Positions 58,783 to 64,000 of a stretch of 64,000 bases of DNA are shown here, in pieces. This stretch comes from an uncultured Candidatus Binatia bacterium (GTDB lineage: Bacteria > Desulfobacterota > Binatia > UBA9968 > JAJDTQ01), in NCBI GenBank assembly GCA_965215605.1, contig OZ244070.1, positions 1,792,001-1,856,000 on the forward strand. Direction: 5' to 3'. The translations under genes and the position numbers were made by a program. Positions within the stretch are counted from its first letter, which is position 1. Every line of letters starts with the position of its first letter. A model generated the notes under the pieces. That model was not told the origin of the DNA. It saw nothing but the letters and a program-made list of their open reading frames with translations, and ran no database searches.

Positions 58783-60276
58783 ATGAGCCCGACCCCAGAC
58801 TCGTTCACGCTGCCGGAAGCCACCATCGAGGATATCCACGCCGCGTATGCCGCCGGCAGCCTCACGGCGCGCCAACTGACGCAGATGTACATCGACCGCA
58901 TCGAGGCCTATGACCGCGGCGGCCCCCGGATCAACTCCATCATCACGGTGAACCCGGCGGCGTTGGAGGAGGCGGACCGCCTGGACGCGGCGTTCAGGAG
59001 CGCGGGGAAGACCGGGACGCTCCATGGTGTTCCGGTGGTCATCAAGGACCAGGCGGACGTCAAGGGGACGCCCACCACTCTGGGCTCCTTGCTGTTCAAG
59101 GATTACTACCCGGACCGGGACTGCCGGGTGGTGGAAAAGCTCAAGGAGGCGGGGGCCATCGTGCTGGCCAAGACCACCCTGGGGGAGCTGGGCGCGGGCG
59201 ACACCCACGGCTCTCTGTTCGGCTCCACCCGCAACCCCTACGACGTGGAACGCACCGTGGGCGGCTCGTCGGGCGGTTCCGGCGCCGCCGTTTCCGCCAA
59301 CTTCGGCGCCGTCGGCATCGGGCAGGAGGGGCTGGCGTCCATCCGCCGGCCTTCCACCTGGAACTGCATCGCCGGCATGCGTCCCACCGCCGGCCTGGTG
59401 AGCCGCAGCGGCGTCTACTCCGGCTGGCCGCAGGAGGCGGGGTCGCTGGGGCCCATGGCTCGCACGGTCCGGGACATGGCTACCCTGCTGGACGTGATGG
59501 TGGGCTACGACGGCGAGGACCCGATCACCTCCAGGGGCGTCGGCCACGCGCCGACGAGCTACACGGACTTCCTGGACGCCGACGGGCTGCGCGGTGCGCG
59601 GATCGGCGTCCTGCGCGAGCCCATGGGCTACAACACCGATCCCGAGGCCGATGACTTCAAGAGCATTACCGGGATATTCGACAACGCGGTCGAGGAACTG
59701 CGAGCGGCCGGCGCCGAGGTGGTGGACCCGGTGGAGTTGGCGCGATTGAACGAGCTGCTCGCCAAACGCTGCGCGGATCCCACCGCCGGGGAAAGGGCCT
59801 TCGGGATCTACATGTCCCGCAGCGCCAATCCGCCGTACCGGACGCGCGCGGACGCCATGGCGTTGCCGGACTACTCCAAGCTCACGGAGCAGGTGCAGGC
59901 GCGCCTGCGCATCACCTCCGACCCCGCGGACCACTACCAGTACCTGCTGGCCCGGGACCACCTGATGATCCACCTGCTCAAGACCATGGCCGAGCACCGT
60001 CTGGACGCCATCGTCCACAAGGCCGTGGAGCACCAGCCCACGCTCATCGCCGACGGCGTGAAGCCGCCCTTCGTCAACCACAAGGGCGCGCCGCACCTGA
60101 ACACGTTCCTGGTGTATGTGCCCACGGTGACGGTGCCCGCGGGCTTCACCGCCGACCACCTGCCGGCCGGCGTCAGCTTCCTCGGACGGCCCTACGACGA
60201 CGGCCGCATGATCCGGCTGGCGTACGCCTACGAGCAGGCGACGCATCACCGCCGGCCGCCGGAGAGCACGTCGTAG
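58783..60276 (+). CDS. Amidase signature family protein
   Basis: LHGVPVVIKD, TRNPY, GGSSGGS, SIRRP. Confidence 0.92.
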   Translation: MSPTPDSFTLPEATIEDIHAAYAAGSLTARQLTQMYIDRIEAYDRGGPRINSIITVNPAALEEADRLDAAFRSAGKTGTLHGVPVVIKDQADVKGTPTTLGSLLFKDYYPDRDCRVVEKLKEAGAIVLAKTTLGELGAGDTHGSLFGSTRNPYDVERTVGGSSGGSGAAVSANFGAVGIGQEGLASIRRPSTWNCIAGMRPTAGLVSRSGVYSGWPQEAGSLGPMARTVRDMATLLDVMVGYDGEDPITSRGVGHAPTSYTDFLDADGLRGARIGVLREPMGYNTDPEADDFKSITGIFDNAVEELRAAGAEVVDPVELARLNELLAKRCADPTAGERAFGIYMSRSANPPYRTRADAMALPDYSKLTEQVQARLRITSDPADHYQYLLARDHLMIHLLKTMAEHRLDAIVHKAVEHQPTLIADGVKPPFVNHKGAPHLNTFLVYVPTVTVPAGFTADHLPAGVSFLGRPYDDGRMIRLAYAYEQATHHRRPPESTS

Positions 60277-60320
60277 GAGACGGAATGACGAGTAGTGAAA
60301 CGTCGATGGAAGGAGCCAGC

Positions 60321-60950
60321 ATGCGAGAAAAGAAGAACGTGATCCAGTGGATCTATTCCTCGAAGGGCAACACCGAGCTGGAGGAGCGGTACGACAAGTG
60401 GGCCGGGTCCTACGATGAAGACCTGTACTCCGACTTCGGCTGGTTGAGCCCGCGGAAGGCCGTGGATGCTTTCGCCAAACGGGTGCCCAGGCATGGCCGC
60501 ATCCTCGACGCGGGCGCCGGCACGGGCATCGTGGGGGAACTGCTCCACGAAGCGGGGTTCGAGTATCTCGTGGCCATGGACCTGTCCCAGGGAATGCTGG
60601 ACGAGGCTGCCCGGAAGGACGTCTACAAGGAGTTCCACCGGATGGCGATGGGTCCGCCGCTGGACTTCCCGCCGCGCTCCTTCGACGGGGTCATCAGCGT
60701 GGGCGTCTTTACCGTGGGGCACGCGCCGGCCAGTTCGTTCGACGAGCTGGTGCGTGTCACTCGTCCGGGCGGACACATTGTCTTTTCACTGCGGCCGGAC
60801 ACCTACGAGCAGGATGGTTTCAGGGAGAAGCAGTCGTGGCTGGAGACCGAGGGAAAATGGCGGCTGGTGGAGGAGGGGGAGAAGTACCAGCCCATGCCCA
60901 AGGGGGAGCCCGAGGTCCATCATCAGGTTTGGGTGTACCAAGTCCTGTAA
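60321..60950 (+). CDS. Class I SAM-dependent methyltransferase
   Basis: YDKWAGSYD, ILDAGAGTG, DLSQGML. Confidence 0.88.
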   Translation: MREKKNVIQWIYSSKGNTELEERYDKWAGSYDEDLYSDFGWLSPRKAVDAFAKRVPRHGRILDAGAGTGIVGELLHEAGFEYLVAMDLSQGMLDEAARKDVYKEFHRMAMGPPLDFPPRSFDGVISVGVFTVGHAPASSFDELVRVTRPGGHIVFSLRPDTYEQDGFREKQSWLETEGKWRLVEEGEKYQPMPKGEPEVHHQVWVYQVL

Positions 60951-61111
60951 CAGCGATTCGCGGCCCGGGGTGCGCGGCGGTTTGCGGCAGTGAACGACCA
61001 CGGTCCGCCCCCTTTCGCGGCAGGAGAAAAGTGCGCAAATCCCTTGATGTACGAAGGTCGGCGGCGGTATAACGAAAAAAACAGGGGCTATTCGAAGGAG
61101 GTAGAACGATC

Positions 61112-62221
61112 ATGTCCGGTCTCAATACACGCATTATCGACGGCGACGGCCACATCCTGGAGGACAACCCCGGAATCCTCGAGCACATGGACGGGCCTTA
61201 CCGGGACATCGCCGCCAAGAAGGGCATCATCTTCCCGCCCATCGACCATCTTCATGACGGACGCGCGGTGGAGACGCCGCCGCTCCGGGACGGACGGGAG
61301 AAGGTGGGTCCCGACGGTTGGATGAAGTTCCTGGACGACGTGGGAATCGACTGGACCGTGATGTATCCGACCCAGGGGCTGGGCTACGGGAAGATCGTGA
61401 GCCTCGACTACGCCATCGCCGCCTGCAAGGCTTACAACGACTGGGCGTACCACACGTACCTGCAGCGCGACCCGCGCTTCAACGCCATGGGCCTGATCCC
61501 CATGCAGGACCCGGAGGAGGCGGCCAAGGAGTTGCACCGCATCGTCACCGAGCTGGGCATGATGGGCGCCATGATGCCCTCCAACGGCCTGCCGCTGCCG
61601 CTGGGCGCCAAGGCCTACTGGCCCATCTATGAAGAGGCCGACCGGCTGGGCTGCTGCCTCGCGGTGCACGGCGGCTGCCACGACCGTTTCGGGCTCGACC
61701 AGATGAACATGTACGTGCCCGTGCACGCGCTGGGCCACCCCTGGGGCATCGCCCTCAACTGTGCCAACATCCTCTACAACGGCATCTTCGAGCGCTTTCC
61801 CAACGTGCGCATCGCCTTCCTCGAAGGCGGCGTGGCCTGGCTGCTGATGCTGCTGGAACGGCTGCACGCGTCCCACGAGACGCACTTCCAGTACATCCCG
61901 GACGGCGAGTTCAGCATCGGCGAGGACCAGGACCCGGCCAAGATCATCAAGCAGCTCATCGAGGCGGATCGCTTCTACCTGGGCATCGAGGCCGAGGAGC
62001 TGACGTTGCCCTTCGCCATCAAGACCGTGGGGCACCGGCCGTTCCTGTACTCCTCGGACTTCCCCCACGAGGTCACCACCCAGAGCTGCATGCATGACCT
62101 CGGCGAGCTCATGGAGAGTGACGAGATGACCGGCGAAGACAAGGCCGCCATGCTCTATCGCAACGCGGAGCGGTTCTACAAGCCGGCAACCGCGGGCGCC
62201 CAGGTCGCGGCCAAGGCATAG
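61112..62221 (+). CDS. Amidohydrolase_2 family protein
   Basis: IIDGDGH, AYNDW, AVHGG, LEGGVAW, SSDFPH. Confidence 0.9.
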   Translation: MSGLNTRIIDGDGHILEDNPGILEHMDGPYRDIAAKKGIIFPPIDHLHDGRAVETPPLRDGREKVGPDGWMKFLDDVGIDWTVMYPTQGLGYGKIVSLDYAIAACKAYNDWAYHTYLQRDPRFNAMGLIPMQDPEEAAKELHRIVTELGMMGAMMPSNGLPLPLGAKAYWPIYEEADRLGCCLAVHGGCHDRFGLDQMNMYVPVHALGHPWGIALNCANILYNGIFERFPNVRIAFLEGGVAWLLMLLERLHASHETHFQYIPDGEFSIGEDQDPAKIIKQLIEADRFYLGIEAEELTLPFAIKTVGHRPFLYSSDFPHEVTTQSCMHDLGELMESDEMTGEDKAAMLYRNAERFYKPATAGAQVAAKA

Positions 62222-62251
62222 CGGGTTCCGCTGGGCTTTCCCGAATCTGAA

Positions 62252-62284
62252 GGGGCAGGGCGTAGGTCACGCTCTGCCCCTTTT
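62252..62284. terminator. GC-rich hairpin followed by a T-run after the amidohydrolase
   Basis: GGGGCAGGGCGT-AGGTC-ACGCTCTGCCCC-TTTT. Confidence 0.5.
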
Positions 62285-62332
62285 ACAATGGACGCGCCAG
62301 GGACCCCTGACGTCTCGAGAAGGAGAACGACA

Positions 62333-63418
62333 ATGGATGAATGCCGCGCCGCCGTGGTGGTATCCCACAACGAGCCGCTGGAAATACAGAAGGTGCCGAT
62401 CCCGGAGCTGGAGCCGGGCGCGCTGTTGGTGCGCATCGATGCGTCCACCATCTGCGGCACCGACGTGCATCGCTGGCACGGCCCCCTGGGCGGTGGCGAC
62501 ACGCTGCCCATCATCACCGGGCACGAGCCGTGCGGTTACATCGAGGAGATCAACGGCGAGCGCACGGACATCCTGGGCAACCCGGTGAAGCCCGGCGACC
62601 GCATCGTGTGGAGCTACGTCGCCTGCGGCCACTGCTATTACTGCACCGTGGCGCTGCAGCCGTGCATCTGCCCCGGCCGCGCCTCCTGGGGACACAACCG
62701 CAGCGACCAGTATCCGTACCTCTTGGGCAGCGTCTCCGAGTACATGTACGTGCCGCCGCCCTGTGAGATCATCAAGGTGCCCGAAGATGTCACCTCGGCG
62801 TCCGCGGCCGCCTCGGCCTGCGCCTACCGCACGGTGATGCACGGCTTTGACCGCCTCGGCGCCATCAAGAGCCACGAGACCGTGGTGATCCAGGGCAGCG
62901 GCCCGCTGGGCAACTTCGCCACCGCGGTGGCCAAGGACCACGGCGCCAAGAAGGTGCTGGTCATCGGCGCCCCGGCCGCGCGCCTGGAAGTGAGCAAGCG
63001 CATGGGCGCGGACGCGGTGCTGAACCTCGAGGAAGTCACCGACCCCAAGGACCGCCGCCAATGGGTGAAGGACCACACCGACGGCCGCGGCGGCGACGTG
63101 GTGATCCAGGTGGCCAACAACATGGCCGTGCCCGAGGGCCTCACGCTGCTGCGCGGAGGCGGCACCTTCGTCAACATCGGCGCCGGCGGCAAGGCCGACA
63201 TCGGCGTCCAGAACCTGCCCCAGGAGATGATCCTGCACACCATCCGATCCGGCGAGCCGCGCCACTGGCTGCAGGCCATCGACTTCCTCTCCTCGCGCAA
63301 GGACACCTTCCCGTTCGAGGAGATGATCTCGGCGGAGTACAGGCTGGACCAGGTGAACGAGGCGCTGCAGGCCATGGCGAAGTACGAGATCGTCAAGGGG
63401 GTCATCCAGTTCAACTAG
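62333..63418 (+). CDS. Zinc-binding alcohol dehydrogenase (MDR)
   Basis: ICGTDVH, GHE, CGHCYYC...C, GSGPLG. Confidence 0.92.
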   Translation: MDECRAAVVVSHNEPLEIQKVPIPELEPGALLVRIDASTICGTDVHRWHGPLGGGDTLPIITGHEPCGYIEEINGERTDILGNPVKPGDRIVWSYVACGHCYYCTVALQPCICPGRASWGHNRSDQYPYLLGSVSEYMYVPPPCEIIKVPEDVTSASAAASACAYRTVMHGFDRLGAIKSHETVVIQGSGPLGNFATAVAKDHGAKKVLVIGAPAARLEVSKRMGADAVLNLEEVTDPKDRRQWVKDHTDGRGGDVVIQVANNMAVPEGLTLLRGGGTFVNIGAGGKADIGVQNLPQEMILHTIRSGEPRHWLQAIDFLSSRKDTFPFEEMISAEYRLDQVNEALQAMAKYEIVKGVIQFN

Positions 63419-63482
63419 GAGCGGCGGGGTCAGATCTTGTTTTGGCAACTGCGGAGCTAACTGGCTGATTATAGGGGGTTTC

Positions 63483-64000
63483 ATGCGCGCGATCGTCATG
63501 GGCACCGGCCCCATCGGGGGCATCATCGGCGGACGGCTGGCCCGGGACGGACAGGACGTCACCTTCGTGGACGTTGACCGGGAGCACGTCGCCGCCATCT
63601 GCGAGCACGGGCTTCAGGTGGACGTGCCCGACGGGGCGTTCAACGTGAAGGCGAACATCGTCACTCCGGACGAGATCGAGGGCGCCTTCGACACGGCCTT
63701 CATCGCCGTCCGCTGCAACTACACCCGCGACACGCTGAAGACCGTTGTGCCGCATCTGAGGGACGGCGCGCTGGTGGTGTCGATGCAGAACGGCATCAAC
63801 GTCCCGCTTCTGGAGGAGGCGGTGGGCGCGGACCGGTCCGTGGGCATGGGCATCCGAATGGGCAGCCGGCGCACGGCCCCCGGGCGGGTTCACACCACCA
63901 CGCGCGGCCACCTCTACGTCGGCCATTCCCACGGCCGCACCACGCCGCGGTTGGAAGAGCTCAACGCCATGCTCGATGCCGTGATTCCCAGCGAGATCAC
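63483..64000 (+). CDS. Ketopantoate reductase (PanE/ApbA) family, 5' partial
   Basis: MRAIVMGTGPIGGIIGGRL, SMQNGI; runs off the window. Confidence 0.82.
   Translation, partial: MRAIVMGTGPIGGIIGGRLARDGQDVTFVDVDREHVAAICEHGLQVDVPDGAFNVKANIVTPDEIEGAFDTAFIAVRCNYTRDTLKTVVPHLRDGALVVSMQNGINVPLLEEAVGADRSVGMGIRMGSRRTAPGRVHTTTRGHLYVGHSHGRTTPRLEELNAMLDAVIPSEI

Overview
GC-rich bacterial window with no rRNA, tRNA or CRISPR array. The gene content (many amidohydrolases, UbiD, hydantoinases, orphan TA genes) suggests a Binatota/Deltaproteobacteria-like or similar uncultured lineage, but this is inference only. Positions 1-24.6 kb are a dense metal-homeostasis island. It holds three ZnuABC/MntABC-type systems, a fused double ABC transporter, an Fe(III)-binding protein, a DtxR-family regulator with candidate operators, two SCO proteins and a truncated bacterioferritin. 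It also holds an unusual operon in which a Cys-motif metal permease is fused to an SPFH domain and followed by HflC- and HflK-like genes; this is the best candidate for an undescribed system. The rest contains catabolic cassettes, a probable UxxC selenoprotein (in-frame TGA plus SECIS-like hairpin) convergent with msrA, TA/defence islets with toxin-deleted modules, a PlcP/Agt-like lipid-remodelling pair, an integrase remnant and a promoter-to-terminator candidate sRNA. A 166-bp MITE is present, and its 11-12 bp end motif recurs at module boundaries. All calls come from motif recognition by eye; no searches were run.
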